A stretch of 64,000 bases of DNA from Candidatus Sumerlaeaceae bacterium (GCA_051003195.1 JBPCLP010000047.1:96001-160000), one strand, 5' to 3'; positions 36,642 to 46,784 are shown, counted from the stretch's first letter. Notes: generated by a model from the sequence alone, not told the origin. Program-made: numbers and translations.

Positions 36642-38008
36642 CAGCGCTTCGCAGCTTTTTTCTGCTCACACTCCATGTTACGAATGACCAGCCCCGTAAT
36701 GATCTTCGGATGAAAGTACGTGCTCTTGTGCGGCATCCTGATGCCCGCGCTCACAATTCGCATCACTTCTTCAAGCGGGCTGGCGTTCAGCAGGAAACCC
36801 AGTGCCGCCTTCTTCTGCTTCAGCAGTTCCAGCACGCGCATCGCATCACGAATGTAATAGCATTCATCGTCATCCAGCTCAAACTCCGGGTTGCCGGCCA
36901 TCACATAGTTGATGATATAGTAATGAAGAATCGCGACATCGATGTTTTTCACCCTGTCGTCGATGTCTTCCTCATCAATCATCTCGGTCGGGTTTACACC
37001 CTTCTTGAGCGTGACAAAAAAAACTGTTCCATCCCCGAGCACCATTGCAAAGCTGTGCGACTTCTTTCCTGCAGTCTGTAGTTTATCCAGCAGGCGTTTC
37101 GCTTCAGCCTCGGGCTTTTCCAGGTCTACCTTGTCCTTCGCGAGATCGAAGTTCTCCTTCAGTTCCTCAACGGCCTCACGCATGTCGACCTGGTTGAGGA
37201 AGCTGCGAGTCAGCGCACGATGCGTCGGCAGGATCACCAGTCCGTCCTGCTCGGCACTTGTGAGGAACATCATCATGTAGTCGAACGGCTGCTTGCCGTC
37301 CTTCTTGCCCGTCTCCTCGCGCATTTCGTCGCGGTACTTCAGCGCCGTTTCATACCTGTGGTGGCCATCTGCAATAAACAGTTGTCGTGATTTCAGCAGT
37401 TCGCGAAGCTCGATAAGGAAATCCTTTTTCTGGACCACCCAGAGCCGGTGCGTGACGGTATCGTCGTCTACCACTTCCTCCCATGGCTTTTCCGACATGC
37501 GCTGCGAGAGAAGTTTCAGCACTTCCTCATTGGGGTCGTTATAAAGAACAAATACCGGACTGAAATTCGCGTGAGTCGCGCGCAGTAGTTTCAAACGATC
37601 TACCTTCGGGCCTGACATCGTTGTCTCATGCGCCCGGATTGCGCCGCTCTTATAATCCTCCAGCTTTACCAGCGCGAAAAAGCCCCGCCGCTTTTTGACC
37701 TGACCGTCAGCTGTTTTAAACTGCTGCTCATATAAATAGAACGATGGGCGTTCATCTTCAATCAGGATGCCATCACTTCGCCATGTCCCGAGAGTGTTTG
37801 CCGCGCGCGTATATTTGTTCGAAAAACCGTCGTCGTCTCTTTCATCCCTTCCCAGTTCCATCCGGACAACGTTGTTGGGATGGCGCTGATGAAGTTCGTC
37901 CTGCAGTTCAGGAGAAATAATATCATACGGTGGGGCCAGCACCTTGCTCAGATTGCCGATAAGCTGCGAATTATAACGCATGCCAATGAAGGGAAGAATT
38001 TCGGCCAT
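36641..38008 (-). CDS. DUF1015 family protein
   Basis: APPYDII, HETT, IADGHHRYETA and MPHKSTYFHPK. Confidence 0.9.
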   Translation of the reverse strand: MAEILPFIGMRYNSQLIGNLSKVLAPPYDIISPELQDELHQRHPNNVVRMELGRDERDDDGFSNKYTRAANTLGTWRSDGILIEDERPSFYLYEQQFKTADGQVKKRRGFFALVKLEDYKSGAIRAHETTMSGPKVDRLKLLRATHANFSPVFVLYNDPNEEVLKLLSQRMSEKPWEEVVDDDTVTHRLWVVQKKDFLIELRELLKSRQLFIADGHHRYETALKYRDEMREETGKKDGKQPFDYMMMFLTSAEQDGLVILPTHRALTRSFLNQVDMREAVEELKENFDLAKDKVDLEKPEAEAKRLLDKLQTAGKKSHSFAMVLGDGTVFFVTLKKGVNPTEMIDEEDIDDRVKNIDVAILHYYIINYVMAGNPEFELDDDECYYIRDAMRVLELLKQKKAALGFLLNASPLEEVMRIVSAGIRMPHKSTYFHPKIITGLVIRNMECEQKKAAKR

Positions 38009-38100
38009 GACTAAAAATGGAAGCCTTTCAAACTGACTGTAAGCGACGTTTTGTGTGGGAGCACAGGTGTGTCAAAGCCGAAGTTCAAAACGCGACTTTT

Positions 38101-39447
38101 CTATCTTTGCGCAAGCACCTCGTTGGCATCAACAACGGCCTTTGACAGTACTTGATGTGCGTCGGATTTGCCGCGCGAAATTTCGCTCAGCGCCCAGCGC
38201 ACATGCGACTTGACGATCTCTGCATTGGGCAAAAGCTGGAGCGGATGCGACTGGTCAATCGCCTGGCGAACGACCGCGTATACCGTCTGCCCTCCAAAAT
38301 AAGAGGAGGGTTCGTCAAAAACAGCTTCATTCCAGGCCGTTATCTGTGGAGGCGGGCTGCCGACCCGGCGAAAATACGCCATGGCGAATTTATTGGTGCT
38401 CATATAGCGGGCGAGTTCGATGGCTCCGCGTTTGTTCGGGGCATTATATGGCATGGCCAGGCACGAACCGCCCACCCCGCACGACGGCAATTCCGGCGAT
38501 CTGCGAGGAAACAACGCCACCCGCCACTTGCCCGCCTGTTCTGGCGCCCTTTGCTCCAGCAGCTTGCCGTACCACGGCCCTGCGATATTGCCTGCCACCC
38601 GTCCCGATTTCACCAGGTCGAATGGATCACCCATCGTGCTTCGATTCCACATCTTCGCGGATCGATTGCCCAGCAGTTCGGCAAAAAAGCTGAAGGCCGC
38701 CTGCGACTCCGCCGAGTCGAACGTAGCCCGGGTCATCTCCTTATTAAACAGTACTCCGCCCGACGACGGCAGAAACGCCATGCGCAAAGGCACCGGGTCT
38801 TCCGGATCCAGGTAGAGCAGTTGCACGCTGCTGGGCAATGCGCCCTGCGCATTAAACAGTGCCTGGCCAAGCTTCGACAAGTCGCTCCACGTGGATGGGA
38901 AGGCTTTCATCCCCAGCGAGGCCATGACCGGGTCCACGATGTCGCTTCGATAAAACATCAGCATCATGTCCAGGTCCAGCGGAATGCCGTATTGTCGCAT
39001 CCGCCCTCGGCTGCCGGGTTGATCCTTAAAGACTTCCGGAAACTGGTATGTCCCAAGCGCAGACGGAAAGAACTGCTTGAAAAAATCAGGCGGGAAATGA
39101 TTGTCGAAAGGCTCCAGCGCTCCATTGTTCGCCAGGCCTCCCGTCCATTCCGAGCTCCCCACAATCAGGTCGGGTACGTTGCTGTTCGCGGCCACTGCCC
39201 ACAGCGTCTTCTCCTGCAGGCTATTCCACGCCACCGTCTGTATTTCGACGCGGTACTCAGGGTGCTGGTTCTCGAAATCGGCTTTCAGCTCCTCCATGGT
39301 CTGCGCGGGAGTCGAAGCAGCCCAGAAATGGATCGCTTCAGGACCCGCTGCGTTTTCAGTGGCAAAATAGCTCGAACGCTCGGTGACGAAAAAAAAGATG
39401 AGCGCAAACACCAGCGCGGCTATCGGCAGGACCCGGTTCATTGCCAC
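38101..39447 (-). CDS. Sugar ABC transporter extracellular solute-binding protein
   Basis: N-terminal anchor; FENQHPEYRVE, YGIP, FYRSD and GGS.LA SBP family 1 pattern. Confidence 0.85.
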   Translation of the reverse strand: MAMNRVLPIAALVFALIFFFVTERSSYFATENAAGPEAIHFWAASTPAQTMEELKADFENQHPEYRVEIQTVAWNSLQEKTLWAVAANSNVPDLIVGSSEWTGGLANNGALEPFDNHFPPDFFKQFFPSALGTYQFPEVFKDQPGSRGRMRQYGIPLDLDMMLMFYRSDIVDPVMASLGMKAFPSTWSDLSKLGQALFNAQGALPSSVQLLYLDPEDPVPLRMAFLPSSGGVLFNKEMTRATFDSAESQAAFSFFAELLGNRSAKMWNRSTMGDPFDLVKSGRVAGNIAGPWYGKLLEQRAPEQAGKWRVALFPRRSPELPSCGVGGSCLAMPYNAPNKRGAIELARYMSTNKFAMAYFRRVGSPPPQITAWNEAVFDEPSSYFGGQTVYAVVRQAIDQSHPLQLLPNAEIVKSHVRWALSEISRGKSDAHQVLSKAVVDANEVLAQR

Positions 39448-39482
39448 CCGAACTGCGACCTGCCGGACGGCAATGCAAAAGA

Positions 39483-40961
39483 TTACTGAGTCGGGTCGAC
39501 ACGCTCGCGATCAAGCCCTTCAAGTTTCACCCGGATATCGTGTAGTGTTTCTTCCGAGTAGTACCTGGCAAGCTCTGGCGACAGGCACCTGCGATACGCC
39601 GTACCTGCCGCCGCGCGTTGCGCTGGGTCTTCGAACAAAAGCTCCGCAAGTCGAAGCTGCGCTTCTGCGGCCACGTTGGAAGCAGGCAGGCTGGCCTTTG
39701 CCCGGTATAGGCGTATGGCCGCGGTTGTATCGCCACGCATGCGATCGCGCTCAGCGCCCTCGTTGCCGCTATTGCGAATCCCCGCAGTGCCAGCGGTTCT
39801 TCCCTGCGCTTGCGCTGCTGCCGGGGCCTGCGCCATCACAGCCTTAGGAACACGGGGCGGTGCTGCCGAACTCGCAGGCACCTCCTTATCCATCGCGAAT
39901 GTCGCCGCTGGCGCGAGTGCGCGTGTCGCCGGCTGCTTCGCAAGGACAGCATCGGCTGCCGCGACCACTTTCAGCTCGTCCTCTTTCAGTTGAGTAGTGC
40001 CCGCAACCGCGCTCTCGACTTTTTTCCGGGCCTGCTGGGCGGGCGCATCCGATGCGGCGGGTTTCGCTAGTGCATCCGACGGTGGCGGATTCTGCATGCT
40101 CCATGTCGCCTGCGGTGCCGACGCACGGAAAGTAGGCTCTCGCGGACTTGCGTGAAAACGCACGTCCGATTGCGGAGTCGCCGAAGCCGCCCTCGTCTCA
40201 AAAAACTGCAGTGTCTGCGCCTTCTCCGGCACCGCGCCCGCCTTCGAGTCTGGTGTCGTAGCCTGGTCCTTTTCCACGGTTGTCGCGCCTGCTCCGGCGG
40301 TTTCAGCCAGTCCTGATTGTACCGCATCATCTCTCAACTCCGCAGCAGCCCTCGGTGCAGCAGCCGCCGGTGCAGGTGCCTCATCGCGCGTGCGCTTCAG
40401 CCTCACGGCACTCAAATCCTCGCTCTCGACCAGAGCCGGCGCAGGAACGGGCATAGCTGGCGACTCAGGCAATTGCATCTCCACCGCCTTGCCGGCATCA
40501 GTCGATAAACTCTCGCTGACGCGATCGACTCTTGCCTGCTTAAAACCTTCCGCTGGTGGTGCCACAACAGTTGCGATGCGCCGGTTCTTGATCGTCGCCT
40601 GCGGTGAACGCTGGACGTACAGCATCGCACCCGTTCCCAATGCCAGCAAAAGCGCAGCGGCAATACCCCACGTGTGTGTCGACCACGCGCTCCAGTGCAC
40701 CGCAGGCGCGTCGATCCTTAGCCGGGCCGCCGCCGAAAGCTGCTTAAAATCCACGCTTTCCGCCCTCGTCTCCCGCGTCCCTGCCGCCAGCGACTTCAAC
40801 AGCGAGCCCAGTTGCTCGTCGGCCTGCAACTCTGCCGCGCACTCTTCGCACGCAGCGAGGTGCTCCGACACCCCAGCGCGCACATCCTCTCGCAGCACAT
40901 CGCGCCGATAATCGTCGAGATACTCGCGGCACGTTTCGCAGTTTAGAAGAGCGTCGCTCAT
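39483..40961 (-). CDS. Zinc-finger (zf-HC2) anti-sigma factor with TM, Ala/Pro-rich region and TPR-like C-terminus
   Basis: C..C...HLAACEEC (HxxxCxxC); TM helix; ATGA overlap with the sigma gene. Confidence 0.8.
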   Translation of the reverse strand: MSDALLNCETCREYLDDYRRDVLREDVRAGVSEHLAACEECAAELQADEQLGSLLKSLAAGTRETRAESVDFKQLSAAARLRIDAPAVHWSAWSTHTWGIAAALLLALGTGAMLYVQRSPQATIKNRRIATVVAPPAEGFKQARVDRVSESLSTDAGKAVEMQLPESPAMPVPAPALVESEDLSAVRLKRTRDEAPAPAAAAPRAAAELRDDAVQSGLAETAGAGATTVEKDQATTPDSKAGAVPEKAQTLQFFETRAASATPQSDVRFHASPREPTFRASAPQATWSMQNPPPSDALAKPAASDAPAQQARKKVESAVAGTTQLKEDELKVVAAADAVLAKQPATRALAPAATFAMDKEVPASSAAPPRVPKAVMAQAPAAAQAQGRTAGTAGIRNSGNEGAERDRMRGDTTAAIRLYRAKASLPASNVAAEAQLRLAELLFEDPAQRAAAGTAYRRCLSPELARYYSEETLHDIRVKLEGLDRERVDPTQ

Positions 40962-41560
40962 TTCGAAGTCGCTTCCGCCTGGAAATACAGCGGCTCGATC
41001 TGCGTCAGTACCGTCCGCAGCTTTTTACGTGCCTCGAACAGGTTGAACTTCACGACTCCTTCTGAGCACTCCAGCAACTCCGCGATATCCCGCACCGACA
41101 TCATCTCGACCTCATAGAGCAGGATCGCTGTCTTCTGTTTCGGCGGCAGGCTGTCGATCGCCGTGTTCAGGTGTTTCTGCAATTCATGATGCGCTGTAAC
41201 CTCACGAGGAGAATCTGCCTCCTGCACAAACATCGGCCGGGCCTCGGTACCGGGCGCCACCACATCTTCCATCGAAACAACCCGCGCCGAGCGGCTCGCC
41301 CGCTGCGTGTTGCACTGGTTTACCGCCATCCTCATAATCCACCCCGCGAACTTGGAGAGGTCCCGCAGTTTCGGCAGCGATCTATACACCCGCACGAGGC
41401 ACTCCTGGTGAATATCGGCCGCATCCTCATGGTTGCGCAGGATCGAGAGCACGAATGCGTACAGATCGTCCTGGATTGCCATGCACAGCGAATCGAACGC
41501 ATCCATGTCGCCCGCCTGGCATCTGGCCAGCAGCTCCACCGGCACAGCATCAAAACGCAT
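40958..41560 (-). CDS. ECF RNA polymerase sigma factor
   Basis: Region 2 (DAADIHQE...FAGWIMRMAVN) and region 4 (LPPKQK...IAELLECSEGVVK). Confidence 0.92.
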   Translation of the reverse strand: MRFDAVPVELLARCQAGDMDAFDSLCMAIQDDLYAFVLSILRNHEDAADIHQECLVRVYRSLPKLRDLSKFAGWIMRMAVNQCNTQRASRSARVVSMEDVVAPGTEARPMFVQEADSPREVTAHHELQKHLNTAIDSLPPKQKTAILLYEVEMMSVRDIAELLECSEGVVKFNLFEARKKLRTVLTQIEPLYFQAEATSK

Positions 41561-41608
41561 CCGCTAACGCCCAGCCCGGCATTGGGAAGAAATTCTCGCA
41601 TCACCCGA

Positions 41609-41637
41609 TATGACCGCACTAACGGCGGTTAGGTTTG
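41609..41637 (-). promoter_or_regulatory. Possible autoregulatory ECF promoter
   Basis: CAAACC-N17-GTCATA about 50 nt upstream of the sigma start; spacing ~1 nt longer than typical. Confidence 0.25.
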
Positions 41638-41808
41638 GTTTGTGCCCGTTCATTTTCCCGCTCCCAGCACGCGGACCCAACATCGGCAACGCAAGCACAT
41701 CAACGCCCCGTGCAAGCCGCAAACCTCACCCTGACAGTCCTGATCACTGCCATTACGTCCATCGAACCACCACCGCCACGCAAGCGGTCACCACCCGCTA
41801 AGGCGCCT

Positions 41809-42297
41809 CTAACGAACAGCCGCCGCCAGCGACCCCTTATGGATGGCTCCCTGCTGCTGTCCGATCGCTGTCCCGTTCATATCCAGGATCACTACGGCAG
41901 GCGCCGAGACACCATACCTCGCCGCCAATTGCGGCGAAGTGTTCGCGTCAAAAGTCACCTTCTCCGCGTTCGACATCGCGTCCGCCACCGGCGAGCTCAG
42001 CAGCGCGCCTTTCATCGACTGGCTTGCCGGCGAATTCCCCGCCTGCACAAACACCACCGTCTTGTGGCCGTTGTCCTTTGCAAACGCGATCGCGCCGTCC
42101 AGGTCCGTCGTCCAGCCCGCCATGTCCGCCACGTTGGCGATAGGGGAGGGGGGCGGCAGGCTCGCGGCACGTTCCGCCGCGCGGTCCGCCCGGAAATCCC
42201 TCTGACGTATATGTTGACGTATCCCGTCCGAGCACGCCGTCAATGCCAGCGTGCATCCCGCCAGGAGTGCTGCCTTTGCAATGGATCTCGAATTCAT
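41809..42297 (-). CDS. Thioredoxin-fold lipoprotein lacking CxxC
   Basis: LTAC lipobox; WTTDLDGAIAFAK...LAARYGV..P pattern; SPAS at the CxxC position. Confidence 0.65.
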   Translation of the reverse strand: MNSRSIAKAALLAGCTLALTACSDGIRQHIRQRDFRADRAAERAASLPPPSPIANVADMAGWTTDLDGAIAFAKDNGHKTVVFVQAGNSPASQSMKGALLSSPVADAMSNAEKVTFDANTSPQLAARYGVSAPAVVILDMNGTAIGQQQGAIHKGSLAAAVR

Positions 42298-42410
42298 ATT
42301 TACAACCTCGTTGAACAGCCTATACCGCCGAGCAGACGCTGAAATGCTGCTGCCAGTCACGTTGCACTGAAATTGTTGCGCAAGCGGAAAACACCCCGCA
42401 CAACACCCCG

Positions 42411-42986
42411 ATGAAAATCGCGATCGCATGTGATCACGCCGGTTACGAGCTCAAGGCAGCCGTGGCACGTCAACTCACCGCCGCCGGGCACGAGCTGCTC
42501 GATTTCGGTACCAACTCCGAGGAATCCGTCGATTTCGTAGACCATGTTTATCCTGCCGCCCTTGCTGTCAGCGAACGCCGCGCCGATCGCGCCATCCTCA
42601 TCGACGGCGCGGGCTATCCCTCCGGCATTGTGGCCAACTTTCTGCCGGGCGTCTACGCCGCTGTGGCCAACGACCTGTTCTCCGCCCGCCTCTCACGCGA
42701 GCACACCAACTCCAATGTCCTCTGCCTTGGAGGCAAAGTCGTCGGCGCAGGCGTCGCCGCCGAAATCGTCACCGTCTGGCTCACCACGGACTTCCTGGGC
42801 GGCAAATACGCGAAGCGCGTGGAGAAGGTCGAAAAACTCGCAAAGAAACACCGCGTCGGCGCTGAAGCCACTGCCAGAAAAGTCGTCACCGTGCAGGACA
42901 TCCGCGACGCACTCCTCAAACGCGAATCCCTGCTTATGAGCGACACCACCATCCTCACACCCTCAGTCCTCGACCTTATCCGCTGA
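42411..42986 (+). CDS. rpiB: RpiB/LacA/LacB sugar-phosphate isomerase, DGAG subtype with C-terminal extension
   Basis: IAIACDHAG, SREHTNSNVLCLG and FLGGKYAKRV. Confidence 0.88.
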   Translation: MKIAIACDHAGYELKAAVARQLTAAGHELLDFGTNSEESVDFVDHVYPAALAVSERRADRAILIDGAGYPSGIVANFLPGVYAAVANDLFSARLSREHTNSNVLCLGGKVVGAGVAAEIVTVWLTTDFLGGKYAKRVEKVEKLAKKHRVGAEATARKVVTVQDIRDALLKRESLLMSDTTILTPSVLDLIR

Positions 42987-43060
42987 CATCACCCGTCCGC
43001 ACATCACCTTAACACCCCCATCGCATATATGCCGGTTTTTGTTTCATCGCTGCCACACAT

Positions 43061-44053
43061 CTAAGCCTTAAATGCGCCGGAGGTGACACCCTGCATGAAA
43101 GGCTTAGTGGCGTACACGAAAAGGATGATCAGGGGAATGCTGCTCAGGATGTAAGCTGCGTACATGGCGGAGAAATTCTGCGCGACGGCGCTCTCGCTCA
43201 TGAGGTATAGCCCCGACGCGACCACGTGGTACTTCGAATCGCTGTTGGTAATGAACGGCCACATGAAGTTGTTCCACACGCCAAGGATGTTCATCACAGC
43301 GACGACCGCGGCCACCTGCCCCGACAACGGCAGCACGATGTGGCGATACAGTGCAAAGTGTCCCGCGCCTTCCAGGCGGGCCGACTCGAAAAGCTCCTCA
43401 GGCAGACCGTCGAAGAAGCTTTTGAACAGGAAGATAGCCACAATCTGGCCCCCGGCAACGTAGGGAAGTATCAGTACCCAATACGAGTTAAGCAGGTGCA
43501 GCCGCTTCACCAGCAGGAAACTCGGCACCAGCGTCAGTACCGGCGGGATCATAATGATGCTTAACAAAACGGTAAAAAGCAGTCGGCGCCCGCGGAACCG
43601 GTATCGCGAGAACACGTAGCCGCTGACGGAGCCCAGCAGCAGCACACCAAGCACCGTTGCCACGCACACGACGATGGTGTTCAGCATGTAGGGGCGCAGC
43701 TCGCGCCAGGCGTAGTGATAGCCCCGCGCCAGGCTCGTGCCCAGGTGCTGCATCGCGGCGCGGTAGCCCAGTCGCTGGACGCTCACGTTGGCCGCCGCTG
43801 TTTCGGTTTCCGAAGCGCCACCGGACGCCGTCCGCTTCGGCACCGCCAGCCTGATCTCGTCGGCGCGCCCAGTCAGTTTGTACCACGTGAACCGAACGCT
43901 GCTTTTCAGCGCTTCCGGCAGCGCAAAGTAAGTGCGGTACTGCTCGGACTGGGTGCGCACCGAGTTGTTCAGCACAAAAATAAACGGCAGGATCGTGAGA
44001 ACGAAAAAGATACACAGCACCAGGTGCAGAACAGGATCGTGGCGTTTTCTCAT
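43061..44053 (-). CDS. Carbohydrate ABC transporter permease (MalG-like)
   Basis: LPEELFESARLEGA, WNNFMWP and FMQGVTSGAFK; ATGA overlap. Confidence 0.92.
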   Translation of the reverse strand: MRKRHDPVLHLVLCIFFVLTILPFIFVLNNSVRTQSEQYRTYFALPEALKSSVRFTWYKLTGRADEIRLAVPKRTASGGASETETAAANVSVQRLGYRAAMQHLGTSLARGYHYAWRELRPYMLNTIVVCVATVLGVLLLGSVSGYVFSRYRFRGRRLLFTVLLSIIMIPPVLTLVPSFLLVKRLHLLNSYWVLILPYVAGGQIVAIFLFKSFFDGLPEELFESARLEGAGHFALYRHIVLPLSGQVAAVVAVMNILGVWNNFMWPFITNSDSKYHVVASGLYLMSESAVAQNFSAMYAAYILSSIPLIILFVYATKPFMQGVTSGAFKA

Positions 44054-44976
44054 CGGATCGCCTGCAGCCGCTCGGCGCTCTTGAAGTACCGTGCGTTCAG
44101 GATCGTCAGCCCGAGGATCAGGACAAACAGCACCACCCCGATGGCGCAGGCATAGCCCATCCGCTGGAAGCTGAACGCGTTGAAATACATCCACATGCCT
44201 GGCACCATGGTCTCGAATCCAGGACCGCCGCGCGTCATGAGGAACACCCCTTCAAACGCCTGCACGCCGGCGATGATCGTCAGGATGACGAGCAGCTTCA
44301 CCTGGCTCAGTACCAGGGGAACATCGATGCGGAGGAATTTGCCGATGCCCCTGGCGCCGTCCATCCACGCAGCTTCGTGCACGCTTTCGGAAATAGCGGT
44401 TAGCCCTGCATAAAAAATGAGAATGTTAATGCCGTTCGCAAACGGGAAACCGGTGAAGGCCAGCGCCACCAGTGAAGTCTTAGGGTCCCACAGCCAGCTC
44501 CGCGCGTACTCGCCTTTGCCCAGCAGCCGCAGCAGGTCGTTTAGCATTCCGGTGTCGCTGTAGATCATCGCCTTCCAGATGAGCTGTTGCGCAACACTGG
44601 GGATTACCAGCGGGATCAGGAACAGGATGCGATAGATGTAGCGCGAGCGTTCCGACGAAAGCGAGAAGATGAGTTTAGCGATGGTGAGCGGGAACACGAT
44701 GTTTACGACCACCGCAAAGACGGTGAGGAAAAGCATGTGCCACATGCTGGGCCAGAAGGTAACATCGGAAAAGTACTCGGCGTAATTCGCGAGTCCAAGG
44801 AACCGGGGTTCGCCGCCGACCTCGTACTCGTACATCGATGTGCTGAACGCCCATACGAACGGGATGAACGTAAAGACCGACAGGAGAATATACGTGGGCA
44901 GAAGTAGCAGGTAGTAGGAGCCGCCTTGCGCGAGTTGCCCGGTGAAGTAGCCTCGGCGGCTTTCGCTATTTTGCAT
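44050..44976 (-). CDS. Carbohydrate ABC transporter permease (MalF-like)
   Basis: FLGLANY, EAAWMDGA, MTRGGP and GYACAIG. Confidence 0.92.
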   Translation of the reverse strand: MQNSESRRGYFTGQLAQGGSYYLLLLPTYILLSVFTFIPFVWAFSTSMYEYEVGGEPRFLGLANYAEYFSDVTFWPSMWHMLFLTVFAVVVNIVFPLTIAKLIFSLSSERSRYIYRILFLIPLVIPSVAQQLIWKAMIYSDTGMLNDLLRLLGKGEYARSWLWDPKTSLVALAFTGFPFANGINILIFYAGLTAISESVHEAAWMDGARGIGKFLRIDVPLVLSQVKLLVILTIIAGVQAFEGVFLMTRGGPGFETMVPGMWMYFNAFSFQRMGYACAIGVVLFVLILGLTILNARYFKSAERLQAIR

Positions 44977-46600
44977 TGGGCGGCAACCCTTCCATGCTGG
45001 CACGCAGCGGAGCCAGTTCGTTCCACCGCTTTTCCAGCGGAGCGAAGGCAGGCTTCTGGCGCCGGATCAGGTTCGCGGCGCCCGACTCGATGCTTCGTTC
45101 CATCAGCTCCAGGTAGTCCTGTTCGCTGATGCCATTGTTCAGGTAGAGCTCAAGCATGCGGTTCATCACCTCGTTGAACTTCATGTCGAATGTGAACTGC
45201 CATTTGCTGATGGAGGAGTGCCGCTTCAGGAAGTTGTCGAATGGACGCAGCGCCTCGTGCGGCTCAGCGCCTTTCGTGTTAGGCATGAACGCGGGAATTT
45301 CGTTTACCACCGTGGCGGCGTTCTCCGGCATCGTCATGAATTGCAGGTAGTCGATGCAATGGCGCAGCCGCTCGCTGGTGGCCGTCGATCCCGTATCGGC
45401 AATCGCGGAATTGGTGACGACGAATTGCGTTCCCGGTCCGCCGATCACCACCTGCGGGTGACCGTTGGCGTACGGTGAAACAGACTTCGGCATTTGGGGC
45501 AGGTAGAAAATGCCCCACTCGAATTCCAGTGTCGGGTCATGGATGAGCGCATGCACCCGCCAGCTGCCATCCCACAGCATCGCGCCCTTCTGCGTGAGGA
45601 ACAGTTTGATGACGTCGGTCAATTTGTCGCTGATGTCCTTGGGCATAAACTGCCGCCATTCCTTGATCAGGCGCCACAGGTTCACCCAGCGAGGATCTTT
45701 CCGAGTGAAGAAACCCCGCTTGTAGAGGAAGGCGATCTCGTTCCAGTTAAGGTAGCCGTCACGGAAGGCCTTCAGTGATTCCGCCTCAGGCTCGACGTCG
45801 ATTCCCGGGAGGATGCCCGCGTAGAGCTGGTCGAAAAAAAGATCGGTGGCCCAGTCAGCCATCGCCGACGCACTGGCAAGCATCGGGATGTAGCCGGCTG
45901 CGTTCAGTTTTTTATGAATCTCGAGAAAGTCGGGCCAGTCACGCGGCGGCTCGACACCCACTTTGCGGAATATGTTCTTGTTGTAGTAGATACCGGTTTC
46001 GACCATGTCGTAAACGATGCAGTACATGCGCCCATCGGGAGCGCGGGCGCTCTCGGAAATCGCGGGGTACTTGATGAGGTCCGACCATCGCGTGCTGCCG
46101 GGTTGGCCGGGCGCGGCGTATGGATTCGGGCGATCCAGGTAGTCGTCCAGCGCGACGTACCACCCTTTGTGGGTATCCCCCCAGACTTCCTCAACGTTGA
46201 CGTCCACGATGTCTGGCGCCAGCCCCGCGGCGCATTGCGTGACCAGCCACTCGCGCGCGGACGGGACCGCGATGTACTCGATGTGAACGTCCGGGTGCAG
46301 CGCCTCATACCGCTGCGCTACGCGGGTCAGCCCCTGTACAGGCTCGCCCACTCCCATCGGAATACTGCCCGGCATGTAGAAATACTTGGGAGCAAAGCGG
46401 ATGGTAACCTTCCGAGTGCCAGAACCGGGTGAAGCTGGCTTTGAGGCGGAGCTCCCCGCCGGTTTAGTTGCCGTTGTTTCCGCTCCTGCGGAAGTGATCC
46501 TGGCCGTATCTCCACGTTGCTCGATACGCGGAGGGGCCAGTGCCCACGCGCCAACGCCGAGTATCACCCCCAGCAGCACGTGCTTGATTCGAATGCGCAT
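44966..46600 (-). CDS. Carbohydrate ABC transporter solute-binding protein
   Basis: N-terminal anchor; YEALHPDVHIE, YYNKNIFRKVGVEPP.DW and DGSW. Confidence 0.88.
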   Translation of the reverse strand: MRIRIKHVLLGVILGVGAWALAPPRIEQRGDTARITSAGAETTATKPAGSSASKPASPGSGTRKVTIRFAPKYFYMPGSIPMGVGEPVQGLTRVAQRYEALHPDVHIEYIAVPSAREWLVTQCAAGLAPDIVDVNVEEVWGDTHKGWYVALDDYLDRPNPYAAPGQPGSTRWSDLIKYPAISESARAPDGRMYCIVYDMVETGIYYNKNIFRKVGVEPPRDWPDFLEIHKKLNAAGYIPMLASASAMADWATDLFFDQLYAGILPGIDVEPEAESLKAFRDGYLNWNEIAFLYKRGFFTRKDPRWVNLWRLIKEWRQFMPKDISDKLTDVIKLFLTQKGAMLWDGSWRVHALIHDPTLEFEWGIFYLPQMPKSVSPYANGHPQVVIGGPGTQFVVTNSAIADTGSTATSERLRHCIDYLQFMTMPENAATVVNEIPAFMPNTKGAEPHEALRPFDNFLKRHSSISKWQFTFDMKFNEVMNRMLELYLNNGISEQDYLELMERSIESGAANLIRRQKPAFAPLEKRWNELAPLRASMEGLPPNAK

Positions 46601-46693
46601 TTGGAGCAGCAGGAACTTTGAAATCAGTGCACTGGCAACTGTTTAGGTGTGCAGCTCGAAACACGCCTTTGGGTCAGCAGAGTGCGAATACTT

Positions 46694-46770
46694 TGGTAGC
46701 GACGGGCGGACTCGAACCGCCGACCTAAGGATTATGAGACCTTCGCTCTAACCACCTGAGCTACGTCGCC
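46694..46770 (-). tRNA. tRNA-Met (CAT), elongator type
   Basis: GGCGACGTAGCTCAG...CT-CAT-AA...GGTTCGAGTCC...CGTCGCTACCA cloverleaf; paired position 1-72; no 3GC anticodon stem (Ile2 not fully excluded). Confidence 0.88.
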
Positions 46771-46784
46771 CCAAGCCCGCACTT

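Noticed and set aside
42990..46700. Integrative element at tRNA-Met
   Set aside because: No integrase and no duplicated tRNA 3' end found.
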